Source: Curvularia clavata (lineage: Eukaryota). Taken from it: a DNA stretch of 64,000 bases. Every line of letters begins with the position of its first letter. The stretch's first letter is position 1. The DNA is taken from positions 2,170,001 to 2,234,000 of the forward strand of contig CP089280.1 in the NCBI GenBank assembly GCA_023920165.1, read 5' to 3'. The position numbers and the translations under genes are program-made. A model generated the notes under the pieces. The model made no database searches. It saw only the letters and a program-made list of their open reading frames with translations, and had not been told where the DNA came from. Positions 1 to 12,034 of this stretch are shown piece by piece.

Positions 1-1424
1 AAAGCCACGAAGCAGTCAGAGGTAGTGGGCTCTAGGAACGAAGCGTTAGCTTTGCTCCATCGTGGGTCGTTGGTGGTCTTTATAGGGAGTAGCTTTGTTT
101 TCACAAACATCCGGTAGCTCGCGTGCTCCTCGCAAGTCCAGTCTGGCACCCATGACGGCAATAAGCTGGCAAGCGCTCCTTTGTCTGACGCATGCGTTAG
201 AATCTCCAAACTGTTCTCGAACTCGATAATTCGCATCGCAGTATGGACGAGAAGATCACGTAAAGACCACTCAGGAGTGTAGTTGGGAACGATCCGATAT
301 CCTGGATACGCGAGTCCAAGCATGGCATATATCTTGTCGCGAACATCTGAAGTTGCATAATGTCGTGAACGTGAGAGCAAACTAACAAGATCGGTTGGCC
401 CAGACCAGCGACTTTTACTCTCGACCATCGAGGCTACTAGTCCTTCTGCTTGTTTAGCCCGGCTGGACCGCTCTCGAACACGAAGCATTCGGTCACACTC
501 AGGTGCATTTGCACCGAACTTTTTTTGAATCTTGGAGAAGAGGAAATCTGCGACGCCGACATGCCTAACGACAGACAGATACGTGTCAAGGATTGGCGAT
601 GCAGTTTCCCAAGCAATGGACTCCTTATTGAAAAGGAAACGAGCGCGAGTCGCGCTCATGAACTCTTGATATACCCATGCTCTTGTCCACCAACGGCTTT
701 CGAATACGTCGTATACTGCAAGCCAATCTTCGACAAACTTTGCATTTGCAACACTGTCCACTAGATGAATGACGAGCCTGAACCAGTGCAACCGCTCAAA
801 AGAAATATCCAAGGTACGAGTGAATGAGCTCTCTCCGCGGTACTGCTCATCAAGATCGTCTCCTTGTCGAGGGACGTTTTGACAGAGGTCGTGTAACCAG
901 TGTATACCTCGGCTGCTAATCTTCCGTGTTGAGAGACATATGAGAACTTCTTCTGCGCGCGAATAGATGTCTCGCATGAGCGCGACTTGTTGAGATCTCT
1001 CAAGTAGGTTGTGTTGATTTATGCAGATCTGATCTACCCACAAAAGAAGCTCTCTCGTTCCATATGTCCTCTTCCAGAAAAAGCGCGCCTCTGCGAGAGC
1101 ATGCGCGAGATTTGCGAATGCTCTAAATTTGCGTCCATTGATTATGATGCACTGCGTCCGCTTCGGGTCGCCGGCGCAGTAAGAGAGTGCGGAGTACGTG
1201 TTCGTGACGTTGTCGAGGGGCGCCTTGGTTAGTAACTCGCATTTGACTGTGCCATCTCCACGGTCAGGGAGTATTCTGAGCAAACGTATCTCCTGTTTGG
1301 ACGGATCTAATTGTTCATATTTGTAGGCGGCGTGGAACTTGTCATTTTCGGGTGTGCTAAAGATGTCGTGCCCAGGCTGCGAGACATTGCTCGTACTCGA
1401 GCACATGTGCACGCCTGTGCTCAT
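1..1424 (-). CDS. HET-6-like heterokaryon incompatibility protein (HET domain), 3' end beyond the window edge
   Basis: Hand translation of the minus strand from ATG 1424 is open to position 1. Motifs: YEQLDPSKQEIRLLRILP, YSALSYCAGD, LWVDQICINQHNLLERSQQVALMRDIYSRA, WWTRAWVYQE, DVRDKIYAMLGL, LPSWVPDWT. Not in the ORF track because there is no stop in the window. An extra 5' exon is possible (GCTAAC..GCAG near 1490-1472). Confidence 0.93.
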   Translation of the reverse strand, partial: MSTGVHMCSSTSNVSQPGHDIFSTPENDKFHAAYKYEQLDPSKQEIRLLRILPDRGDGTVKCELLTKAPLDNVTNTYSALSYCAGDPKRTQCIIINGRKFRAFANLAHALAEARFFWKRTYGTRELLLWVDQICINQHNLLERSQQVALMRDIYSRAEEVLICLSTRKISSRGIHWLHDLCQNVPRQGDDLDEQYRGESSFTRTLDISFERLHWFRLVIHLVDSVANAKFVEDWLAVYDVFESRWWTRAWVYQEFMSATRARFLFNKESIAWETASPILDTYLSVVRHVGVADFLFSKIQKKFGANAPECDRMLRVRERSSRAKQAEGLVASMVESKSRWSGPTDLVSLLSRSRHYATSDVRDKIYAMLGLAYPGYRIVPNYTPEWSLRDLLVHTAMRIIEFENSLEILTHASDKGALASLLPSWVPDWTCEEHASYRMFVKTKLLPIKTTNDPRWSKANASFLEPTTSDCFVA

Positions 1425-2615
1425 TGTAGCGAAAGTCCTCAAGCCGTTGCTTTCGTCGGTCACTAGTCGGACTGCGACCCCCGTTAGCCTCGTTCGTGAC
1501 TAGGCGCGCGTGCGTTTCGATCCACGTAGCCACCTACTTTGCCGTTTTTGCACTCAAGCTATAGGATAGAGAATGGGCGACGAGGAATGTAGACAAATTG
1601 GGATAACTGGAGACGTGGAGAGGTTGTAAGCTAAAGGCAGTCAGGCTGGGATGCCGGCTAGAGGACAGAGGGCAACGGTTGCCTGTGTGTGGCTGTGGCA
1701 AGGCTGCGACAGCATTTCTCCTTCGCGCTGCTATGCCACCATTCTTGCACGCGACGGAACTCGTTCGCGATCTTACGCCTGCATCTGGAGTGTATGACGG
1801 TTCATTACCCAGCCAGCCCTTGATCGCTCTAAGCAATCTCTAGCGGACATGATCCTTCCTCAGAGATTACCTGTGCTCGCCCAACCTCTGCACGCGTTTT
1901 ACATATCGAAGTAACTACATAACATACTAAACTATGGTTGAAAAATAAATCTCCATATACATACGACATCTTAGCTTTGATAGTAAGGTATTCTGAATTT
2001 GTCTGTGTTTTAAATGTGATTCTGTTGTGTTGGCTCGTAATTGTAGTGTGCGTATTTGGATGGGTAAACTATGGCGCTTAGTTCGGGGACTCTCCAGTGT
2101 CGAGAGTGTAAACCTCTTAACATAAGTGCAGTCATTGATTCTTACGCGATATCATGTCATATTAGCTAACACTTGGGGCGATAACCAAAATGCTGGGTTT
2201 CGGTGACGAGTGGAGCACTATGCATCACGTGATCAGCGTGCAAGGTAGATACCAAGACTGAACAGATCAAGCAAGCCAACAACGAATCGGCGACTAATTA
2301 TTCAGTTGTCACTGTGTAGTGTCGCCAGGACGATTAGTGCCCTTAATGCGCAAGATGCTCAAAACAACGAGCCTCGCGTCAAGACTCGGAGCTGGACGCG
2401 CGCCTTACAACATGAGCCTCTCCTTACTGGCCGATTAACATGCGCCACATAGCAGCCTGACGGGCAGTATATACAATCTTATCACCCTCAACCCCTCACC
2501 CTTTGATGCCGACTTCTCCCGCTGACCTACTGATGCTTCGTACCAACGTATCGACGAGCGAGTTGAACGGGCCACCCGATCCGTGTTGCCCTGAGACCGC
2601 AGCCAACCCTCCGCC

Positions 2616-5600
2616 ATGACCTCTATACGCCTTTTGCAGCACAACCCTGACGGCGGCATCGTTTTTCGCGAAACGACCAGCAGTGATGTTCCTGCTTACG
2701 CGATACTCTCTCATACATGGGGAAAAGAGGAAATCACTTTCCAAGACATAGAAGCCGGTGCATACATGGGCAAGGCTGTCAGGAAGGCTGGGTGGGAGAA
2801 AATACAGTTCTGCGCGAAGCAGGCAGTGGCCGATGGGCTGCAGTACTTCTGGATAGACACCTGCTGCATCGACAAAAAGAATGCTGTTGAGCTAGGCGCA
2901 GCGATTAACTCTATGTTTCGGTGGTATCAGAATGCCGCGCGCTGCTACGTCTACCTTGCTGATGTCGCTAAAACCAAAGAGATGGATAGTGAAGAGACAT
3001 GGAAAAAGGCTTTTAGAACAAGTCGATGGTTCAGTCGAGGCTGGACGCTTCAAGAGCTCATCGCACCGAGGCTGGTTGACTTCTTCAGCCTAGAGGGCGA
3101 GCGACTTGGGAACAAGCTATCGCTAGAGCCCGAAATACACAACATCACTGGTATTGCTAGGGCCGCTCTTCGAGGCGATACACTGTCGAGTTTCAGTACT
3201 AGGGAGCGGAGGTCCTGGGCAGAGCACCGCAATACTACCATTGAAGAGGATAAAGCCTACTGTTTAATTGGGATTTTCAATATTTCAATGGTACCCAACT
3301 ACGGTGAGGGTCAGGACAAAGCGTTCCGGAGGCTAGAGGAAGAGATCCATAGATCCTACAAGGGTAGACCTTTGCCTAAATATACTGATTGAAGCGATAA
3401 ACTGACTGATATAGGTGTCGATTTCGAACAATACGCCATCAAGCTAAATCTCGCATCAATTCCCGAAGCTGCACAATTTGTGGCTAGAGAGAGGGAGCTT
3501 TTGAACATGCAAGAGCTGCTCTATGGTCACAGTAGCCGATCGATCATAGTCATCCACGGACTTGGAGGAATCGGGAAGACCCAGCTTGCAGTCGAATACG
3601 TTAGGAGGTATCAGGAGAAATATACAGCAGTGTTCTGGCTTAACGCGAACGATGAAGATTCTCTTCGACTCAGCTTCCGCGCCATCGCTCAACTAATCCT
3701 AAAATATCATCCTTCAACCGCAGTCCTTCGTAACATAGATTTGGAAGGAGATCTCGTTCAAGTGGTTAATGCAGTGAAGTCCTGGCTTGGTCACCGGGAC
3801 AATACGTCTTGGCTGATGATCTATGACAACTACGACAATCCCCGAACTTCTAGCTACTCTGATCCCTCGACGGTGGATCTGCGTCAGTATCTGCCAGGAA
3901 GTGATCAGGGCTCAGTGATCATTACGACGCGATCAGCCAATGTTACACTAGGACAGCGTCTTCATGTTCAGAAGCTGACAGGTCTTGAGGATGGGCTTAA
4001 GATCTTATCGAATACATCTAGAAGAGGGAATATTGAACATGGTATGTTGATTTTGGTACTATAAAAGTTGATACAAGCTAATGAATAGACCCTGATGCAC
4101 GAGCGCTTGTTGTAAAGCTGGATGGCCTGCCACTTGCTCTCTCTACGGCTGGAGCTTATCTGGAGCACGTGACAACTAGCTTTGCGGATTATCTTCGGCT
4201 ATATGAGGTATCGTGGTCAAAACTGCAAAGGACGAGTCCAAGATTGAACTCATACGAAGACCGTTCACTGTACACAACATGGCAAGTCACCTTTGATCGG
4301 ATTCGAAAGCAGAACCCGGCATCAGCTCAGCTGCTCAAGCTATGGGCATACTTTGATAAGCAAGACCTCTGGTTTGGCCTTCTTCAACATGCACACTCTG
4401 CAGACGATGAATGGATACAACAACTTACCGAGGATGAACTGAGCTTCCATGAAGCTGTTCGGCTGCTATGCGAATATGGCCTAGCTCATCCAGAAGCTTC
4501 ATCTAGTCAGCAGTCCGGATCTGCCGGGTATGGGATGCATAGTTGTGTGCACTCGTGGACGATGTCTGTTTTAAACGATGGCTGGGACGACAAACTATCA
4601 AAGCTTGCGCTGGCTTGCGTGGCATCTGCAGTTCCTGAAAAAAGTGCAGACAAGTGGTGGCTCATTCAGCGGCGGCTCCTCCAACATGCAACAAGACATG
4701 ACCAGTCCATTATAAAGGGCATGGTAGATGTTACGGGAATGGAATGGGCCGTGTACAACCTAGGCAATCTCTACGCGGACCAAGGCAAGCTAGTGGAGGC
4801 AGAGAAGATGTACAAGCGGGCGCTGCGAGGAGAAGAGGAGTCTCTCGGACCTAATCACACATCAACACTAGACATGGTTAACAACCTAGGCATTCTCTAC
4901 GTAAAGCAAGGCAAGCTAGTAGAGGCAGAGAAGGTGTACGAGCGGGCGCTGCGAGGAAACGAGGAGGCTTTTGGGCTCAACCATACGTCAACACTAGCCA
5001 CAGTTAACAACCTAGGCATTCTCTACGTTAGTCAAGGCAAGCTAGCAGAGGCAGAGAAGATGTACGAGCGGGCGCTACAAGGGTACGAAGAGGCTTTTGG
5101 GCTCAACCATACGTCAACACTAGCCACAGTTAACAACCTAGGCATTCTCTACGTTAGTCAAGGCAAGCTAGCAGAGGCAGAGAAGATGTACGAGCGGGCG
5201 CTACAAGGGTACGAAGAGGCTCTTGGATTCCACCATACGTCAAAACTAGATACAGTCAATAATCTAGGTAATCTCTACGTAGAACAAGGCAAGCTAGTAG
5301 AGGCAGAGAAGATGTACGAGCGGGCGCTGCGAGGAAACGAGGAGGCTTTTGGATCTAACCACATATCAACACTAGACACGGTTAATAACCTAGGTTCTCT
5401 CTACTGTAGTCAAGGCAAGCTGGTAGAGGCGGAGAAGATGTACAAGCGGGCGCTGCAAGGGTATAAGAGTGCGCTTGGTGATGGAACTTCTCAATACTAT
5501 CTGCCAGCACTCGATTTGTTCGAGAACCTAGGCGACCTGTACAAGCTACAAGGAAAGCCTGTAGAAGCTCAAGCCATGTACACCAGCGCACTTTCCGGGA

Positions 5601-5728
5601 TCCAGCACGTGCTCGGTCCTTCAAGCGAAAGATGCACACAGCTTGCGTCTCGCATACATTCGCTTAGTGTTTTACAAACACAAGGACAATCTCGTCAGCA
5701 GTCGGCCGAGCATCAAGAGCCCACCTAG
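2616..5728 (+). CDS. Fungal NLR: HET domain + NB-ARC + TPR repeats; introns 3364-3414 and 4042-4088
   Basis: HET motifs YAILSHTWG, WIDTCCIDK, WFSRGWTLQEL; P-loop GLGGIGKT; Walker B LMIYDNYD; IITTR; GLPLAL after splicing intron 2; about 7 TPRs (NNLGxLYxxQGKLxEAEKMYxRAL). Both introns keep frame. Confidence 0.96.
4745..5480 (+). repeat. Tandem 126-bp (42-aa) TPR-encoding repeats with high internal conservation
   Basis: Six highly similar units; 4964-5089 and 5090-5215 are identical. Confidence 0.95.
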
Positions 5729-6884
5729 CAAGTGCACGAAGGGCAGAAACTGACAGTACGGAAACGAAAGAGGAGCATATTTAGGCACTAGTGTATGTAG
5801 TTCTCGTGTTTATAGGCTCAAAGTAGACCGTTCTAGTCGCACTTGTATGCCACCATGTGTCATTTAGCAGCAGTGCTGGGTGAAGGATAAGCTGTAACTA
5901 TAGCTAGATAGGGCATTTTATGGGGCTTTAGGCCTTCATTGCACGACATATTCTGGTCAAGCATCAAGCTGCACGCAGGTGCTTATGGAATGGCTATGCA
6001 ATTTCCCTTGCCCTGAGCCCAGAAGCCAATGCTAGCATATTACGTGCCATAGATCTTGGCTGATGCTACTAGCCACAGCCCCGTCATAAACGGAAAGCAT
6101 TATCTCGAGAAAAACCGGCCGGGATGTCAATCGCGCATGAATAGGAGCGTCACAACGGATGAAGCGATGGGATTGGCTTTTTAGTATTGCTGATGGCTTT
6201 TTACACTTCACACATCTTCATATAGGTAGGCATAAGGTGAAGATTAGCCTTGACATATACTACTTACATAATTGGTGACCATTTAAAACGTGTCCCATGC
6301 GGATCAGCGCACATGCATTAACAACAACGTAATTTTTGTATTGTCAGGTGTTTTTCATCAGGAAATATGTATTGAGAATCAATTTGAATGAAATCAAGAT
6401 AGGTGTTATGCAGTCTCGTAAACTAGAGTTCAAGTAGCCCTCATCTCTTGTGGCATAGGAGCATTTGTGTAACGCAGGGATGCACATTAGTTGTAGTGCT
6501 AGACCACTACGGTACTATTGTTGCTGGGGGGACCCCCTCGGTGAGGCAAGATGAGTGGCGCTTGATGGAAAGAGGAGTATTCTTTTGACATATATACTCA
6601 AATAAATAATACACATATAATCAAAGAGACATGCGAGTCAGTGAAGGGCGTTTACCTGTTCACTGTCCGTGCGCTGCATTCACTATCAGACCTCACCATC
6701 AGCGCTCACCGTCCGCCTCGCGAGCATTTGCAAACCCATCATTCGCTCTATATCGTTACTTAGCAAAACACTCTATCCCACCGCAGTCATTTCAGCTTAA
6801 CCAACAACATCCGAACCTGCATTTGTAAGGTTACTGGCACCATTATCAAAAAACAACAGCTCATCCGTACAGCCTCAAGTAAAC

Positions 6885-7730
6885 ATGCCGCCCGAGTTCT
6901 TGCTCGTCTTCCTACTCTTTCTCGTAATCTCCATAACGGCAGCCACCGAACAGCCACCTGCCCTCATCATCGCCCTCGAAGACTCAAACAACTCAACCAT
7001 CCTCCTAGCACCCACTCCAACCATCCTCGCCCTCGACATCCCCGCCGACAACACCAACAGCGTTCATGTCAACGAAAACGAAGCCGGCGCCATCCTCCTC
7101 CCCGCCACCCATACTATGACGCAAACCGCGCGCGTAACCCAAACCCAGCGCCCAAAAGACCCAGAACCCATCATCATCTTTCCGTTCCATCTCTCCCTGA
7201 CCGAAAACTGCTCTCGATCTCCCTCCCTCAAACTCGAACGCAGCATTACCGCCATCGTAACAAACGGCGACTGGATCACGCGTCTCGTCAACTTGGGGCC
7301 TAACACTGCTGCCACTGTCAATCATCGTATCCCGGACTACCCCCGCACGCTGAGGATAGGGCCATATGATACTCAGAAGGGGGAATTGAGGTTTTCGTAT
7401 AAGAATGGGGCGGAGTGGGGGTGTGAGTGGGGGGATGGCGAGAGCTGGAGGGTGTGTGGGGAGTGTAGGGCGAGTGGGTGGGATAATGGAGAGAAGGGGG
7501 GATGGGAGTGTGATAGGGAGGATGGAAAGGAGTGGAAGAGGGTGAGTATTTCTCTTGTCTTTTATACTTCTTTCGTTTTCTTTGTGTTCTTGTGCTGCCT
7601 TTGCAAACGTTCGAGGGGGTTACAGACTAACGAGTGTACGCAGACCAAGGAAATGGATTGCTCCTTTATCCTCGGCTGGAAGCATCAGTTGCATGCGCCG
7701 CCTGCGAAGCCACAGAAGCCAGATTGCTGA
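6885..7730 (+). CDS. Putative secreted protein with Cys/Trp-rich C-terminal domain; intron 7542-7643
   Basis: Hydrophobic signal peptide MPPEFLLVFLLFLVISITAA; CEW..W..CGECR...W motif; GTGAGT..GACTAAC..CAG intron. Confidence 0.75.
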   Translation: MPPEFLLVFLLFLVISITAATEQPPALIIALEDSNNSTILLAPTPTILALDIPADNTNSVHVNENEAGAILLPATHTMTQTARVTQTQRPKDPEPIIIFPFHLSLTENCSRSPSLKLERSITAIVTNGDWITRLVNLGPNTAATVNHRIPDYPRTLRIGPYDTQKGELRFSYKNGAEWGCEWGDGESWRVCGECRASGWDNGEKGGWECDREDGKEWKRVSISLVFYTSFVFFVFLCCLCKRSRGLQTNECTQTKEMDCSFILGWKHQLHAPPAKPQKPDC

Positions 7731-8153
7731 GAGACTGGAAGGGCAATGCTGAATAGAAGTGTTTCAAGGGCCGAAAAGAGAGAAAATTAGTGCGAAGTGA
7801 AAAAGTTTAGGGACTGGGGAGAGCAGGCTTGTATGAAGTCGGGAAAACGATCTTCATACTCATAGGTAGCCACTGCTCTTCTTCTCATGATACAAAAGAT
7901 AGGAAAAATAAAGGACGTATTTGTCTACTACACAAGTGAGATGAAGCCTCTCAATCTCTGCCCTGAACAAATCTCAGTACCAGTAACTCAAAACAGCGAA
8001 AGAGGTTAAGAAGAACGAAAATTATATTATAAACCTGGGGTATTCATATCAAGTACAAAGCCATGCAATTCCCTTATCCCAATTAACCCATGAATCACGT
8101 TTCCTCATTACTTCCCACCCCATTAGTCCAACATCCCATGTCCTTCTCACCCA

Positions 8154-9521
8154 TTAATCAAAAACGACGCCCTTGGCGCCAAACTTGGATCGCCCATACG
8201 AATCTTTTTCATCGCCGTCCCATGCAACGGTGCGCCTCTCTGGCTTGTGAATACGGACCACAGATAAAAAGTAATCCTCAAGCGGGAGCAAATTGAGCAG
8301 GACCCTGTTTCCTGACCAAGCCACACCGCAGACCATGGCGCCGGCGACCGCGTCGAGAATAAAGTGGTTTGCGGTGGCGACGATTGCGATGAGAATGGTA
8401 GCCGGGTACGCAATGCCGACGAGAATGCAGAGGAAACGACGGAGCGAAGGGACGCGCATGCGGAGACCCATTGTGAGGGCCACACTTCGCGAGCGATTGT
8501 GTTGCGGGGCGAGCGGAATCGACATAATGGTCAGGCCGATGAGGAGCGAGTAGCCAAAGTGCAATGAAGGCATTGCTGCGTACTGGTTGCAGAACTTGTT
8601 CGTAGTCCACACGCTGGTTTCGCCGGCCGCGCTGTGCACAGTGTCGACGAAACCGAAGCTGCGCGCTTCTTTGCCTACAGCGCCGGGGACGTCGGGGTCA
8701 GAGAGCAGACGCGGTGGCATGCAGGGCCAGAGGGTGAAGATGATGAAGGCGATGAGGTTGCACGTGGCCATGGTTCGGCGTCTAGCAGCGTAGAGAACTG
8801 GGCCGGCGGGACTGCCGTCTGCTTCGCCAGTTGGCTTGTTGTGGAGAGGGAGATCAATGCGGTTGCGCGTGGTGGTGTAGTAGTATAGACATACTAAGAA
8901 CAGAATGGTGCCTGGGATGTGGATGAAAGAGTAGATGCGATTGATCCAGTGGAGGAGGGCGGGATGCTTGAGGAACCATGCTTGGACATTGAGTTCGAGG
9001 AAAATGTGTAGGCGCTGTTCAATGTGAATGAGTTGGAGGGCGTGGCGGCGAGCGACATTGACAGTGCCTTGGTCAATCAGTGTTAGAGCAGTTATGGCAC
9101 GACCAACCTGGTAAACCTAATCGTCGCAGTCAGCACCCTGGTATATTCGGTGTAGCTCCGGTCGTCTTACCCAGTAGATCAGGGCCCAGTACCAAGCTTC
9201 GACTAGGAAGGGGAACTTCCGAAGCAACCTCGACAAGAAGTAATTCTGGAATCTTTTTGTATTTGGGCTTAGGACTTCCTTACGCATGCCCAACAGGTTG
9301 ATCTCGCGTTTCTGCCATCGGGGCTCGTCGTCGACATTGGCAAGCAGCGAGGCGCTGGATACGGGACTCGACCGACCTGACCCTGGCGAAGCTGAGCGAG
9401 GCGAACTGTACGAGTCTCTTGACCGGCCGAAGAGACGGTAATCTGGGTTGCGGTTCACCCAGGTGCCACCAAAGAGGAGCGAGATGACGACAAGGGGCTC
9501 TATGAATGCTCCTGCGCCCAT
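8154..9521 (-). CDS. PAP2_3 / Aur1-Ipt1-like integral membrane protein; intron about 9117-9170
   Basis: PCMPPRLL, NQYAAMPSLHFGYS and ATANHFILDAVAG motifs; multiple TM segments; frame is continuous after splicing. Confidence 0.88.
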
Positions 9522-11055
9522 TGTGTGATATGATGTCTAGTGGGTATATAGGCGTAGAGGAGAACAAGATATCGGCTTCAAAGGCACTGTATAGTTTGAC
9601 AGTATGAGGAAGCAAACGTCACGACTCGCTAGAATGCAGCCTGGAGGGGTTGAGATGACAATGTATCAAGTAAGCGGGCTAGAGGCGGAGGCAGCGCATA
9701 CGTGGAGAGAAGCGTCCTGGGCGCAAGACCTAAGGCGTTCAACTTGACGTCGAGGATCAAAGAAAAAGCAAGAGGAAGAAGAGTAGGAATGTGGAGAAGA
9801 ATGGTATTTGCAAATTTCAGCAAGGGCAAGCTCCAAAGGATGGGCACTAGGAAACAAAGCGCATTGCGATGTCGACGGAAGCGACGGCATGCAGGACTGG
9901 CCCACCAGGACTGAGGTCATGGGCCAGCCACGGAAGCCCGTCGGACGAAGAAAGCTATCTGACCTGCCTCTGTCGTGCAGGGCGTTGTACGAGAGCCGAC
10001 CTTCCGAGCGACTTGGCAGAAGAATGATTTGCCAACATGTGCGTCATGACTGCTGGGCCGAGTTGGCGGCAGTACTCAGCGCTTGCACGCGAGCCATGCA
10101 TGGGCGCAGTCAGCACAATTGAGCATGTATCTGACCGTCGTGAATGCGACCTGTGTTTCCGTAAGCATCCTCACTCGTCTTCTTGAGGCTCTGCGCTCGC
10201 TGTCCGAACCCTCCGTTGCCACTGTTGTAAATGGAGAATGTGTACAAAGGGCACGCGACCAAGCGCCGGCAGGGTTTAGCTTCCGTCGATCGCCGGCGCC
10301 TCGCGTGCTTGGTAATGTTCACGTGACCTTAGGTATCGGCCAAGACAAGGCTGAAGTGTGCCTGGTTTCGTCCGCCCTTGGGCCTTGCAGATTTGCTCTC
10401 TCCTTGGTTCAGTGTTCTGATAATGCATAAATTCAACATCCAATCGTCTGTTTGCACGTATCGACGCCCTGCGTCGCTGACCACCTCTGGTCCAGTCATG
10501 CACTAACACTGCAGCTCCATCGCCAGCACCACGTTACACGCGACGAAAGCAACGGTTCCTATGAATGCACCCAGAAACTACGCCGGATGGTTGGGCAACA
10601 GCGTCGTAGTCGCGAATAAAAAAGAGACAGTCGCGGAATCACGTGACACAAATGCACAACCAGCATGCAGAGTATTATCAATTTATGTCAACCGGCCAGC
10701 AAGGAAATGTCCCGCGACCATTCTGATAGGCCACACTCGGCGGCTCCCGTCAATCTGAGACGTCAACAAACCCCGGAAACTCAAGGAAAACATAATCTAC
10801 AGTGAAGGTATCCGCCCCAAGATGCAATGAAGCTGTCAGTCTTTTCGCTCCCAGGAAATCAAAACAATGCATTGTACAAAGGAAAGCGGCAATGGCTATC
10901 TTGTGCGACAGGTGTGGATGCGAATGGTTCCAAACATTCCGTGACGCCTCGCTGAAAAAAAGACCAAAACATGGTCGAGCAATATGACAAAGCAAAAGGA
11001 AAAAGAAGAAGGAAAATTGTCCCGTCAGACTCGCAATGGTCGCCAGGGGAAGAGC

Positions 11056-12034
11056 TCAACAAGCGACGTTGGTAAAGGGCGCGCTCTCCTGAAGGTCCTC
11101 GACAAGCGCGTCGACGTTGCTGAGGTACTTGCCGAGCATGTGTTGTTTTTCTGCCTGCGACCGCGTGTGCTTCCTGACCCCATTGCTGCCGTCGTCGGTA
11201 CTGCCCCGCCGATCCATGGCCGACCTGACCTTGTCTCGATTCCGCTGGGGGCCCGAGACAGGGACTTCAGGCATGAGGTAAAAGTACAGGAACTCGAGCA
11301 GCTTGACCTTGACACCTTGTGTCGTCTCCTCGTCCTTGAACAGGCTCGTTACGGTGAGCAAGCCGTCCATATGTTCGAAAATGCGTGTATTTTGTGGTGT
11401 CGCCAGCAGGGCCGAGACGAGGACGAGGAGAGCTTGTGACTGGATCGCTGGGCAGTTATAGGGGTCGAGGAGGTCGAGGAGGAGATTCATGTAGACCTCG
11501 CGGCCGAATATGATGCGTGATGGGGGATGTAGCAGGAGGAGACCCTGTATGTTGGAGAGCGACGAGAGGATGAGGATATCGTTCTGGCCATCTGCAATTG
11601 TCCTGGTCAGCTCCTAGCCGTCGATTGTACTGTGCTTGCCCTACCTTTACTGCTGCCCATACCAAGCAACCGATCAAGACAATCGGCTACCCTTGTTACA
11701 ACTTTACACTGTCAGCAGCTCGTCCCTTGCTTGTCTGTCGAGTCGACGCACCATTCCACTCGAAGCCTTCTTGCAGGCGGAAGAACTCTCGGAAGGCGAG
11801 GTCGTCGGACAATTGCTCCAGCTTCTTGGGTGTGGCTTGTTGTTGGTGATGTTGTTGTTCTCCCAAAGTGACTGCTGAGGCATTCCGGCGGTGGCCTGGT
11901 GTGCAAGGTTTCGACTTTCCACCAGAGAGGCAAATCTGAGCCAGCATGCCCTCAATCTGCCTCAGGCCCTTGCGAATCTTCTGCGTGTCCTTGGACGCAA
12001 TGTTGTCGAAGGCTAGTGACAAGAGGGCCTCCAT
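11056..12034 (-). CDS. cdc14: Septation initiation network protein Cdc14 (S. pombe-type, not the phosphatase), spliced
   Basis: MEALLSLAFDN..KIRKGLRQIEG, AFREFFRLQEGFEWN, NTRIFE, KLLEFLYFYL, LVEDL. Confidence 0.85.
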
